This document shows, one piece after another, positions 39,355 to 48,599 of a stretch of 64,000 bases of DNA (its first letter is position 1; every line of letters begins with the position of its first letter). The notes below the pieces were generated by a model. The model did no database searches and had not been told where the DNA came from. It worked only from the letters and a program-made list of their open reading frames with translations. Position numbers and translations under genes: made by a program. The DNA is taken from positions 372,437-436,436 of the forward strand of contig CAXXPR010000002.1 in NCBI GenBank assembly GCA_963665715.2. The letters run 5' to 3'. The stretch is from Desulfatiglandales bacterium. Its GTDB lineage: Bacteria; Desulfobacterota; DSM-4660; Desulfatiglandales; HGW-15.

Positions 39355-39369
39355 TGGCATAGTAATTGC
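39355..39369 (+). promoter_or_regulatory. Sigma54 promoter of the RR/HK pair
   Basis: TGGCAT-AGTAA-TTGC, 38 nt before the ATG. Confidence 0.8.
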
Positions 39370-39406
39370 TTTTTCTGATTTTACTATTCTTAAAAGGAGA
39401 TTTCAC

Positions 39407-39910
39407 ATGCAGGAAAAAATCAATCTACTGATTATAGATGATGAGGAAGATTTTCTTGATACCATTGCTAAAAGGCTCGAAATGCGGGGTTTTGATGTTA
39501 CAACGGCATCGGATGGATACAAGGCGCTTGAGGCTGTAAAATCAAAAAAATATGATATTGCCCTGCTTGATTTAAAAATGCCGGGACTGGACGGCTTTGA
39601 AGTTTTAAGGGAGTTAAAGAGGGAGCATAAATATATAGAGGTTATTATCCTGACTGCCCACGGCTCGGTGGAAGCAGCCTTTGACTGCTCAAAGCTGGGC
39701 GCCTACGGTTTTCTTACAAAACCCTACAGGTTTGAAGAGCTCATCAGTAATATAAAAGATGCATATGAAACAAGGCTTAAAAAGAAATTTGAAAATGATG
39801 ATGACATGTTGCAGAAGGTGTATGCCAGACTTGCAGGGATTCCCCTGGAAGCGGAAAGCGCTCTTGATATGCTGGAGGAACTGCGGAAGCTTGATAATGA
39901 TGAAAAGTAA
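39407..39910 (+). CDS. Single-domain response regulator with short C-terminal helix
   Basis: LIIDDE, LLDLKMPG, LTAHG, LTKP. Confidence 0.93.
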   Translation: MQEKINLLIIDDEEDFLDTIAKRLEMRGFDVTTASDGYKALEAVKSKKYDIALLDLKMPGLDGFEVLRELKREHKYIEVIILTAHGSVEAAFDCSKLGAYGFLTKPYRFEELISNIKDAYETRLKKKFENDDDMLQKVYARLAGIPLEAESALDMLEELRKLDNDEK

Positions 39911-39924
39911 AACCTGAAAATCAT

Positions 39925-41586
39925 ATGAATGAAACAAACGACAATCCCTTAAAGGACAAAAGGTACCGGGAATTAAGAAGGCAGTACCTTGTAAAGCTTA
40001 TCCTTGCCTACATAGCCCCGTCCCTTATACTGATTGTCTTTTTCATATACCAGTATATCTCCCTTGCACATGCAGGTCAGGTGCAGCATCTGCTTTCGGT
40101 TGCAGAAAGTCAGTCAAAAATACTTGATATCTTTTTAAAGGAAAGAGTCGGTAACCTCATAAATCTAATAGATACAAGTTTTACCGTTGCAGGGCATAAT
40201 GCTGAAGAAGTTAAAAATTATTATGATGATTTAAAAAGAAACAGCGGATCATTTATTGATGTCGGCTTTTTTTACGGGTCAGGCATTCAGGAAAATTATT
40301 ACGGGCCTGAAAGTTTTCTGGTGAACAGGGACTACAGCTCCGAAGAGTGGTTTAAAAAGCTGCTTGCTCAGAAAAAAAGATATACCATAACCGATATCTA
40401 CCCCGGGTTAAGGAACAAGCCTCATTTTACTATCGGCGTTAAAAAGATTGCAGGCAGCAGAACACATGTTGTCAAATCTTCACTCGATCCGGAAAAAATA
40501 TACGGATACCTCACTGCTGCCGAAAAATCCATGGATGTAAAAATATCAATCGTGAACAGGGAAGGGGAGTATCAGCTTCCCCATGTGTCAGGCAGGGCAG
40601 TGTCGCGGGATTTTTTCAGGTTAAACAAAGAGAACTCAAGTAAAGGTATTGTAAAAAAAGTAAAAGGGGAAAACGGAAGCCTCTTTGCCTGGTGCCTGCT
40701 AACAGAAACAGACTGGGCGGTAATTGTTGCTCCTGACAGGCCTGTAACCTTAAAAAGTATTTTTATTGAATACTGCAATGTGATTTCTGCTTCCTTTTTT
40801 ATTCTTGTTGTGCTGTGTGTGGTTGTATTTTTCAGGTCAAAAACAATGGTGATAGATGAGTATAATAAGGATCTGGTCAAGTCCCAGCTCGAGCAGGCAT
40901 CAAAGCTTGCCACCATAGGAGAACTGTCCGCAGGAATTGCCCACGAAATAGGCAACCCGCTTAACATAATAGCTAATGAAGTGGGCATGATGCAGGATTA
41001 TGCAGACCCTTCCTTTAAAACAGGCATGACCCTTCAGGATATGGAACCGCATTTTCAGAAAATTCTAAACTCGGTTTTCAGGTGTAAAGATATAACCCGA
41101 AAGCTTTTAACCTTTGTGAGGAGCGATAAAATCCACTTAAAGGAATGTGATATTAATAATGTGCTTGATGATCTGCTGGACGGATTTTTTGAAAAAGAAC
41201 TGTCTCTTAAAAATATAGAGCTCATAAGAAATTACAAAGCCGGTAATTCAAAGGTTAAGATAGATGCCAACCAGATAAGTCAGGTGATAGTAAACCTTAT
41301 TACAAACGCGGCCGACGCCATAGAAAAAAACGGCACCATCACAATCGGTACTGAAATGAAAAACAACTGTGTAAGCATATCAGTTACAGACACAGGAAGC
41401 GGGATAAGCCAGGAGAAGATAGATAAAATATTTATTCCTTTCTTCACAACCAAGCCTGCAGGAAAAGGTACAGGTCTGGGCCTGTCTGTCAGCTATGGAA
41501 TAGTTGAAAACCACGGCGGCAGAATCAAAGTGGAAAGCATCCCTGGAAAAGGCAGCATATTTACAGTAGAACTCCCGTCGGCCTGA
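39925..41586 (+). CDS. Cache-domain sensor histidine kinase (paralog of 25907..27640)
   Basis: AHEIGNP, NLITNAADA, DTGSG, PFFTTK, GTGLGL; shares the WF.....YI.D...G.RN.PHF.I.V periplasmic motif with the 25907 kinase. Confidence 0.95.
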   Translation: MNETNDNPLKDKRYRELRRQYLVKLILAYIAPSLILIVFFIYQYISLAHAGQVQHLLSVAESQSKILDIFLKERVGNLINLIDTSFTVAGHNAEEVKNYYDDLKRNSGSFIDVGFFYGSGIQENYYGPESFLVNRDYSSEEWFKKLLAQKKRYTITDIYPGLRNKPHFTIGVKKIAGSRTHVVKSSLDPEKIYGYLTAAEKSMDVKISIVNREGEYQLPHVSGRAVSRDFFRLNKENSSKGIVKKVKGENGSLFAWCLLTETDWAVIVAPDRPVTLKSIFIEYCNVISASFFILVVLCVVVFFRSKTMVIDEYNKDLVKSQLEQASKLATIGELSAGIAHEIGNPLNIIANEVGMMQDYADPSFKTGMTLQDMEPHFQKILNSVFRCKDITRKLLTFVRSDKIHLKECDINNVLDDLLDGFFEKELSLKNIELIRNYKAGNSKVKIDANQISQVIVNLITNAADAIEKNGTITIGTEMKNNCVSISVTDTGSGISQEKIDKIFIPFFTTKPAGKGTGLGLSVSYGIVENHGGRIKVESIPGKGSIFTVELPSA

Positions 41587-41594
41587 TAAACCTG

Positions 41595-41894
41595 CTAACG
41601 ATATTTCAGCCGGTTGTTTCCTGCAATACTGTTTCCCATGGTTCCGTCATTTAACTGAACAACCCTGTTCAGATAACTGTCCGCATCAAGCTGAGACTTT
41701 TTTTTCAGCTTTTCTTTATCTTCCTTAAAGCCTTTTAATGCCTCAATATCGTTTTTTACTGCGCTCGCGTAACCGTTTAAAAATGCCACTCTGATAATGT
41801 CATACTGATACTTGTCCAGTTCTGCTGATAATGAGGTCGGGAAGATAAATGAATAAGCTATAACAAAAACTGCCAGCAGTTTTATTTTAGCCAT
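41595..41894 (-). CDS. Small exported helical protein (paralog 1)
   Basis: Signal peptide ending SLSA; YDIIRVAFLNGY motif shared with its neighbour; GGAGGG RBS. Confidence 0.7.
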   Translation of the reverse strand: MAKIKLLAVFVIAYSFIFPTSLSAELDKYQYDIIRVAFLNGYASAVKNDIEALKGFKEDKEKLKKKSQLDADSYLNRVVQLNDGTMGNSIAGNNRLKYR

Positions 41895-42060
41895 TTTTCC
41901 CTCCTTCATAAAAAAATATACATCTATCCATCATAAGATGGTTAAAACAATGTCAGATTTTTTCTGGAGTGTTCAGCTGTAAATTAAAATTGTGTCCGCC
42001 CGGGTTAAAGCATGAGACTGTGAAGGTATGTGTGTACTGCAGATATAAAGTGGAACTTAC

Positions 42061-42375
42061 TTATAGCGTTAATGTGTTTGATCCGCTGTAAACGGGTTTT
42101 TTGCTTTTTCTTTTTTCCGTTTTATCCTGGTTTAATAATGTTACTTTCTCCATATAATTTTCTACTGCATTTCTGGAAAAATACTCCATCTTTTTTTCGT
42201 CCAGTTTTAAAGCCTGTATTGTATCCATATCGCTTTTAAGGGCATTAACATATCCGTTCATAAAAGCGATCTTGATTATTTCAAACTGGGCGTCTGAAAG
42301 ATTTGCAGATAAAGAGGAAGGAAAAATAATCATGCATACAGCAATAAATACAATTATCGGTTTCAGATTTTTCAT
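42061..42375 (-). CDS. Small exported helical protein (paralog 2)
   Basis: Signal peptide ending SLSA; FEIIKIAFMNGY motif; AGGAGG RBS. Confidence 0.7.
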   Translation of the reverse strand: MKNLKPIIVFIAVCMIIFPSSLSANLSDAQFEIIKIAFMNGYVNALKSDMDTIQALKLDEKKMEYFSRNAVENYMEKVTLLNQDKTEKRKSKKPVYSGSNTLTL

Positions 42376-42575
42376 TATTCCCTCCTTTTTGATTTATTAA
42401 ACTGTGTTCACCCTTTTATTCCCTGAAGATAATATCGGAAGATAACCGGCAACAGTTTAAAAAAAATCTCATTAGTGACCAAAATAAAGTGTTGTAATTC
42501 CAGTAAAAGATAATTTTCTTTACAAAATATTTTATCCCCGCCGTACAATAAAAGCCGATTACGCGGGAATCAGCA

Positions 42576-42695
42576 TTCGTAGAGACAGGTCTTTGACCTG
42601 TCTTGAAAGAGGGCAAGCAGCTTCAATAGCTGTCTGCAGCCATGCATCACGGATTTGCCACCATTAAAGACGGGTTAAAAACCCGTCTCTACGAA
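42576..42695. repeat. Second GTAG-type REP doublet (REPIN)
   Basis: ttcgtagagacaggtctttgacctgtctt and inverted aagacgggttaaaaacccgtctctacgaa; compensatory changes in the internal hairpins. Confidence 0.85.
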
Positions 42696-42995
42696 AATAA
42701 AAAAAGCCCGATTCCGTCTCTATATAACATTATGACATGCCCTGTTTATGGGAATGACGAAAACAAGATCGCAATATTAAGTAATTTTGAATAATTTAAC
42801 ATTATTATTTTGAATTTAAAATATTTTTTTAGGTAAAAAATCTCATTTTCATAACTTTTGCTGCTCTGCACAAGGTTTGCTAACCACCTTACTTTACAAT
42901 GGTTTCGGTGATCGAACAGCTAATATATAGATTTACATGAAAGAAAAATACTGATACAAAGCACTAAAAATTCTACAGGGTATCAGGATTGGTTA

Positions 42996-43397
42996 ATGGC
43001 ATTAATTGAAAAAGAAGTACTTGGCGATCAGGGCATCACAGTATTCAGAGTCAATGGCAAGGTTGATTTGGATGAGGTTATTGGTGAGATTTCAGCTTTT
43101 TACAAAGGCGATTTTACAAACCATACCATGTGGGATTTGACCGATGCAGATGTAACTGACTTAACCCGTGAAGAAATAGAAAAAATAGTGTCACATGCAA
43201 AAGATTTCGGTCATCTGAGAGATAACGGCAAGACCGCTTTTATAATGCCTTCAGCCCTTAAATACGGTTTGGGGCGCATGTACGACTCAATGGCCCAGGT
43301 GCTCAGCCACCCGATAACTCACGGTGTTTTTAAAGTTTATGATGATGCTGTAGACTGGGTTAATAAAATTGAGCAAAAAGAAATTCAGGATATTTAA
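42996..43397 (+). CDS. Hypothetical STAS/SpoIIAA-like alpha/beta protein
   Basis: G.V...E, WDL..AD, KTAFI.....YGL.RMY, VF...DDA..W pattern. Confidence 0.65.
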   Translation: MALIEKEVLGDQGITVFRVNGKVDLDEVIGEISAFYKGDFTNHTMWDLTDADVTDLTREEIEKIVSHAKDFGHLRDNGKTAFIMPSALKYGLGRMYDSMAQVLSHPITHGVFKVYDDAVDWVNKIEQKEIQDI

Positions 43398-43898
43398 TAA
43401 ACCTGCCTCACATAATTAAAAGTATCAGCTGTTTTAAATTTTTCCCTTCCATTTCCTGTATCTCCAAAAAAAATAAGCGGATCAGCTGCTGTCTGTATAC
43501 CTGTTCCCTTTAATGCAGATAACCATCTTGTCTGGGAGGGTGTATTTTTTAATAAAAATACGGTTATATCATTATCTGCATAATACATCGGGGATAACAG
43601 GCTGTACGAGTGACAGAAAGTTCCGCCGCTCTCAGAGGTAAAACCAGCACCTTGCATCCGCTTATTTTTGGCAGTTCCGGAATAAGCATCCTTAAAAGTT
43701 TACAGCATGTTTATTTCCGGACGGACTGAAAGTCCGTAAGTAAATAGGATTAACAACATGTATAAGCATGATCTGTGCCAGTATTGGCGGTGAGTATGTT
43801 TAATCGTTATATCAACAGGTTACAGGTTTAGTAAGGCATATTGAGAAAAGAGATGAAAAATACCGTTGGTATTTGAAGCCAGATGTTAGCTTTTTTGA

Positions 43899-44315
43899 TT
43901 ATTCTCCGATGATTTTTACCAGCACTCTTTTCTTTCTTCTTCCGTCAAATTCACCATAGAATATCTGCTCCCATGTTCCAAAGTCCAGCCGGCCCTCTGT
44001 TACTGCCACTGTTACTTCTCGTCCCATGATCTGTCTTTTCATGTGAGCATCCGCATTGTCTTCACCTACATTATGCCTGTATTGAGAAACCGGAGCATGG
44101 GGGGCAAGTTTTTCCAGCCATTTTTCATAGTCGTAGTGCAGACCTGATTCATCATCATTAATAAACACAGAAGCTGTTATGTGCATGGCATTGCATAGCA
44201 GCAGGCCCTCTTTGATTCCGCTTTCTCTTAAGCATTCTTCAACCTCAGGGGTTATGTTAATGAATGCACGCCTTGTAGATACTTCAAACCATAATTCTTT
44301 TCTAAATGATTTCAT
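43899..44315 (-). CDS. yjbQ: YjbQ / UPF0047 family protein
   Basis: [38 protein letters not shown]. Confidence 0.95.
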   Translation of the reverse strand: MKSFRKELWFEVSTRRAFINITPEVEECLRESGIKEGLLLCNAMHITASVFINDDESGLHYDYEKWLEKLAPHAPVSQYRHNVGEDNADAHMKRQIMGREVTVAVTEGRLDFGTWEQIFYGEFDGRRKKRVLVKIIGE

Positions 44316-44390
44316 TTTATTACCTCCGGATATTTATAATAAACTCTGCTCCCATGATGTCCAGTTTTTTATAAAGAAAGCCCTGCTGGT

Positions 44391-44524
44391 GACGATAGCT
44401 GTTTTATCTTGATATTAATAAAAATTACACCTATTAATAAAAGTCTATTCAGTCTCACATACAAAGCATAAAGATCCTGAAACACCACAGGGCCTTTTCA
44501 TATAAATTTTACAAAGTTTTTTTT
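44391..44524. repeat. ~134 bp direct repeat, copy 1
   Basis: gacgatagctgtttt...aaagatcctgaaacacc.caggg...tataaatttt; about 10 substitutions plus a small indel versus 54120-54253 (counted by eye). Confidence 0.92.
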
Positions 44525-44601
44525 AGGCATCTTTCACCTTAACGAAAGACCTGTTTTATTTTTAAGTGCACAATTTATCATTAACGATTTGGTATTGTTT
44601 C

Positions 44602-44693
44602 GATTAACAAAAAAAACAGAACCCCGGAAAAAAAAGTTTCTATATATAGAAACTTTATAAATGCCTGCTAGGCGGGTTAATAACATGTTATAG
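44602..44693 (+). other. Degenerate attC or attI-like site ahead of the first cassette
   Basis: gattaac ... central palindrome aaagtttctatatatagaaacttt ... gggttaat-aacat-GTTATAG ending 9 nt before the ATG. Confidence 0.4.
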
Positions 44694-44702
44694 GAGTCAA
44701 GA

Positions 44703-45344
44703 ATGAATAAAATCATTTCATACCTCCCTTCTTTTTTGATTTTCTTTGGAGCTATCTGCGCTGCTATTGGTGGGCTTTGGACTACCCTTCGAGACACTAA
44801 TGATAAAAAAGAGTTTGAACAGAAACTTAATTCTAAAAATGAAAAAATAATTGAACTAAATGATGAAATCAAAAAATATACAGTTGGTGGAGATAACTAT
44901 CCTTTTATACAAGAATATATTGAAAAAGATAAGTGTCATTTTTCAATTTTTAATAATTCACCTAATATGTTACCTCTTTATGATGTCAATGTTTTACTTA
45001 TAAATCATGATTTAAAGAAAAAAATTGACGATGATAAAAGCATACCTCTAGTGAATAAAATGTATTTGTTAGAAAGGGAAGCGTTTAAAAGAATTTATGT
45101 TGGGTATTTGCCAGGAATTAGTGGCTTAGCCCATATTGATACTGTTGCGCTTCCTCCAAAAGAAAAAGAAATAAGATATGAAATACATATGACGGCAAGA
45201 AATACTTCTGTAGTACAAGATGTAATTATTTATTACGACAATGAATACAAACGTTACCATACAAAATCAAAACTTATAAAAGATGGCATTGAATTGTTTA
45301 ATACAATAAAGCCTAAACAAACAATAAACCCGACCAGGCGATAA
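44703..45344 (+). CDS. Hypothetical membrane-anchored protein (gene cassette 1)
   Basis: AT-rich ORF, N-terminal TM helix then coiled segment; ends inside an attC-like site. Confidence 0.75.
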   Translation: MNKIISYLPSFLIFFGAICAAIGGLWTTLRDTNDKKEFEQKLNSKNEKIIELNDEIKKYTVGGDNYPFIQEYIEKDKCHFSIFNNSPNMLPLYDVNVLLINHDLKKKIDDDKSIPLVNKMYLLEREAFKRIYVGYLPGISGLAHIDTVALPPKEKEIRYEIHMTARNTSVVQDVIIYYDNEYKRYHTKSKLIKDGIELFNTIKPKQTINPTRR

Positions 45345-45377
45345 AACGCCGCCTGGCCGTTTATCATGTCGTTAGTT
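45312..45377 (+). other. Integron attC-like recombination site
   Basis: R'' cctaaac, L'' ataaac, stem ccaggcg/cgcctgg, L' gtttat, R' GTTAGTT with attC-like spacing. Confidence 0.75.
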
Positions 45378-45384
45378 GCAGACT

Positions 45385-46092
45385 ATGAATAAAAATATAA
45401 TTTACCAAATAATAATTTTATTCTTTCTAACTGGATGCACATCAAGGCTCACAGAATATCCGGTCCTTGATGATTACTCAGTACTGGAACCGTCTGTTGT
45501 GATTGCCGTTCCTCAGAGAGTATGGGAACTTGAACCATTAAAGTTATCTGAAAATTGTTTAAGTGGTGAATATATATGTATTGATATTGACCCACCACCT
45601 CTTGGGTTTGAATATAACATCATAAAACTGATCTATGGTCCATCTTTACCAAAAACAGTAGAAGTAGCAACAACAAGTCATATAGGCATAGAACTTTACA
45701 ATACAAATAAGAAAACAAAGAAATACCCAGTCCTTATGGTTATAGGTTCAAAAGATGATAATTACATTTTGCCCAGAAATCATGTCGGCCCCATAGTAAA
45801 GCTGGTTGACGGAAATTATGTTGTGCCTATAGATCCTTTTTATGGAGAAAATACTCTATGGTGGTTTCCTTGTTATATAACTCAAGAAATCAAGCCTATT
45901 CAATTTGGTGAGTCTATAGAGTCTTTTAGCATTCCATTGGAAGAAGCTTCTGATGAAGAATTAAAATCAAAATATGCGAAAATTATAGGTGATAAAGTTG
46001 TTCCAACCCATGGAATATATTTAAAGGACATAAAAGCTTATCTTGAGAAGAATGCACCTAAAATAGAAGATTTTGAATGTGATAGAGATTAA
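45385..46092 (+). CDS. Hypothetical lipoprotein (gene cassette 2)
   Basis: MNKNIIYQIIILFFLTG-C lipobox; bracketed by GTTAGTT (45371) and its exact complement AACTAAC (46097). Confidence 0.8.
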   Translation: MNKNIIYQIIILFFLTGCTSRLTEYPVLDDYSVLEPSVVIAVPQRVWELEPLKLSENCLSGEYICIDIDPPPLGFEYNIIKLIYGPSLPKTVEVATTSHIGIELYNTNKKTKKYPVLMVIGSKDDNYILPRNHVGPIVKLVDGNYVVPIDPFYGENTLWWFPCYITQEIKPIQFGESIESFSIPLEEASDEELKSKYAKIIGDKVVPTHGIYLKDIKAYLEKNAPKIEDFECDRD

Positions 46093-46096
46093 AGAC

Positions 46097-46130
46097 AACT
46101 AACAATTTAATAAACGCGGATTTGGCGTAA
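46097..46130 (+). other. Truncated attC (left half only)
   Basis: AACTAAC-aattta-ATAAAC-gcgga, then no L'/R' half; aaaaggggtca follows at 46135. Confidence 0.6.
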
Positions 46131-46271
46131 ATATAAAAGGGGTCATCCATTAAAGGGTTAGTCAAGAGAAAAAACACCTCTCCAATAAAAACTATTCCCT
46201 ATTTTTTGAATGGCGTTTTACTTCCGCACACCACCGATGTAAGTTCATTCCTACTTTGCGCCCGAGAATGA

Positions 46272-47318
46272 AAAAGGGGTCAAGTCTGCTTTTGACTCTT
46301 GCGCACTAATTTAACAGGCGAAATCTATTATGACAAGACCACTGAGAATTCAGTATCCAGATGCATGGTATCACATAATGAATCGAGGCAGACGTGGGGA
46401 TACTATATTCAAAAGCAAAGATGATTTATCAACCTTTATTGAACTTCTTAAAGAATTAAGTGAAGTGTTTAATGTAAGGGTTGCCGCCTATTGTCTCATG
46501 TCAAACCACTATCATCTGCTGGTGCAAACTCCGGATGCCAATATATCAAGAGCGATGAGACATTTAAACGGTGTTTATACCCAGCGATATAATAAGGTCC
46601 ATGGTTATGACGGCCCGCTTTTTAGGGGCAGGTATAAATCCATACTCGTTGAACTGGACAGCTATGTACTGGAACTTGTCAGGTACATACATAAAAACCC
46701 ATTAAAAGCAGGCATTGTTAATGATATAGAGAAATATCAATGGAGCACACATAAGGCATATTTATCAAATGCAAAAAAATGGGAATGGCTGAATAAAGAT
46801 TATATTTTAAAATTATTTTCCAGTTCAAAACCCGAAAGCCTCCGCCTGTACAAACATTTTGTACTCAACGAAATTCCGGGTGATATAAACAATATATTCA
46901 CCCGAAAAAATCTTCCTGCTGTCATAGGCAGTAAGACTTTTATAGACAGGGTAAAAGAAAAGTTTTTTAACAGTAATGATTTTGAGGAAATCCCTGAAAT
47001 AAAAAGCCTTGCACCTGATATTAACAGGATAATAAAAACTGTCTGCAGGAATTATGGAATCAATGAAAAAGAATTGTATATTACGAAAAGAGGCTATTTC
47101 AATGAACCTCGTAATGTCGCTATTTACCTTATAAGATACCTGCGAAACGATACACTGAAAAATGTTGGTGAATATTTCGGGATCGATAAATACAGCACTG
47201 TAAGCAGCATTATTGAAAGAGTTAAATATAAGATGAATGCAGATAAGACATTTAATAAAAGAGTATTGTTGATAAAGGGTGAGAGTGATAAGAGTCAAAG
47301 GCAGACTTGACCCCTTTT
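46272..47318 (+). mobile_element. HUH/Y1 nuclease element bounded by 29 bp inverted repeats (STIR-like)
   Basis: Left aaaaggggtcaagtctgcttttgactctt (46272-46300); right aagagtcaaaggcagacttgacccctttt (47290-47318); one mismatch; each has an internal gtcaa/ttgac hairpin. Confidence 0.85.
46330..47310 (+). CDS. Y1 HUH transposase (TnpA-REP/RAYT-like) with C-terminal DnaA_C-like HTH
   Basis: RPLRI.YP.AWYH..NRG, AYCLMSNHYHLL (HUH), GPLFRGRYKS, RYIH.NP (catalytic Tyr), YQWS; C-terminal RNVAIYL...TL..VG..FG...YSTVS. Confidence 0.93.
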   Translation: MTRPLRIQYPDAWYHIMNRGRRGDTIFKSKDDLSTFIELLKELSEVFNVRVAAYCLMSNHYHLLVQTPDANISRAMRHLNGVYTQRYNKVHGYDGPLFRGRYKSILVELDSYVLELVRYIHKNPLKAGIVNDIEKYQWSTHKAYLSNAKKWEWLNKDYILKLFSSSKPESLRLYKHFVLNEIPGDINNIFTRKNLPAVIGSKTFIDRVKEKFFNSNDFEEIPEIKSLAPDINRIIKTVCRNYGINEKELYITKRGYFNEPRNVAIYLIRYLRNDTLKNVGEYFGIDKYSTVSSIIERVKYKMNADKTFNKRVLLIKGESDKSQRQT

Positions 47319-47495
47319 AAAAGCGTTATCAATAAAATTTTAACACCCCCCCCTCCCGTTCATTAGATATATCGCATTAAATTAGTTGACTCTAATTATT
47401 ACTTATTATATTGCTAATACAGTAATTTTTAAAAATGAAAAAGTGGCTTGTGATATAAAACAGCTGCATATGGATATTTTCAGGTATACATTATA

Positions 47496-48434
47496 ATGGA
47501 AAAAAATCGATCTGTTGCCTCACTCTCTTCAAAAGTTGCCGGCCATCTTGTTAACCGTCTTCCCGAACAGATCGGAAGCGGTGGTATTTTCATCGACACC
47601 TTTGCCTCGGGCCTGCGGCTGCTGTACTGCAACCAGCAGTTCAAAGTAAAGGTTAGCCTTTCCGGTGAAACAACGGATTGGTGGGCCGGGATCAGCTTCA
47701 GCTTAAAAGGCCATTCCATAGTACACGCCTCAACGCTTCACGGCGATTTTGCCGGTGAAACCGGAAAAAGCAGGCTCTTTTTCTTTCCAGGGACCACGGT
47801 CCTGTCAGAGGATTTCAGTCCAGGCCACCGGGTTAAAATCAATATTATGTTTGACGCAAAGGTATTATTTGATTGCGCAAGGGATGATGAAGAGGCCTTT
47901 CTTCCCTTATTACAGGGATTCAAAGACCAGGCTCCCTATGTTGATCACGACATAATCCTGCCCCGGATGCACCAGGCTTTGAATCAAATCCTCGTCTGCC
48001 CCTACACCGGAAAAACCCGGGACTTGTTCCTTGAAAGCAAGGTTATGGAACTAATAACCTATAAACTGGAACAGATCCGGACCAGGACCCGTCCTTCTTC
48101 GCGACAGCATGGTATTCCCCCCTATGACATCGAACGGATACGCCATGCTGCCAGGTGCCTGCTCCAAAATCCGGCTGACCCTCCGGACATAACAACCCTT
48201 GCCGCAGCCGCAGGAATGAGCCGAAGCAAGTTTTACAAATGCTTCAAACAGGTTTTCGGACATTCCCCCCTGGATCACCTGCGCAACCATCGCCTCCAGC
48301 TGGCCCAAAATTTATTAACCGGGGGAAAACACAACGTCACCGAGACAGCCTTTGCCGTGGGCTATAACAATTTGAGCCATTTTACTAAAATTTTTACCGC
48401 CGAATTCGGAGTTCCTCCTCATAAAATGTCCTGA
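47496..48434 (+). CDS. AraC-family regulator (PchR/YbtA-like)
   Basis: LFLESKVMEL, LA...GMS.SK....FKQVFG, NVTETAFAVGY.NLSHF...F...FG..P. Confidence 0.93.
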   Translation: MEKNRSVASLSSKVAGHLVNRLPEQIGSGGIFIDTFASGLRLLYCNQQFKVKVSLSGETTDWWAGISFSLKGHSIVHASTLHGDFAGETGKSRLFFFPGTTVLSEDFSPGHRVKINIMFDAKVLFDCARDDEEAFLPLLQGFKDQAPYVDHDIILPRMHQALNQILVCPYTGKTRDLFLESKVMELITYKLEQIRTRTRPSSRQHGIPPYDIERIRHAARCLLQNPADPPDITTLAAAAGMSRSKFYKCFKQVFGHSPLDHLRNHRLQLAQNLLTGGKHNVTETAFAVGYNNLSHFTKIFTAEFGVPPHKMS

Positions 48435-48465
48435 TCCATCCCGCCCTGACTGATATCAGACTTAT

Positions 48466-48498
48466 ACAAATACGCTAATTTTTTGGACAAATACGTTA
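48466..48498 (+). promoter_or_regulatory. Probable AraC-type tandem binding site
   Basis: acaaatacgcta (48466) and acaaatacgtta (48487): direct repeats with 21 bp period upstream of the receptor gene. Confidence 0.6.
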
Positions 48499-48599
48499 GC
48501 GCATTTTTCATAATTTGACTATACAAACTAAAGTAGACAGCTTTAATAAATTTAGACACCTAACCATAAAAGGACACAAATGAATTGAAAGGATTGATA

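Noticed and set aside
43394-43657. 87 aa minus-strand ORF
   Set aside because: No RBS or recognisable motif; probably spurious.
44391-44524. TPP riboswitch upstream of yjbQ
   Set aside because: The CUGAGA and CUGAU..UAAU core spacing is absent on both strands; reported as a direct repeat instead.
46255-46270. ttgcgcccg resembling a group IIC intron 5' end near the broken attC
   Set aside because: No reverse transcriptase ORF or domain V motif; the match is too short.
47385-47415. Fur box upstream of the AraC gene
   Set aside because: AT-rich and only loosely similar to the 19 bp consensus; cannot be supported by eye.
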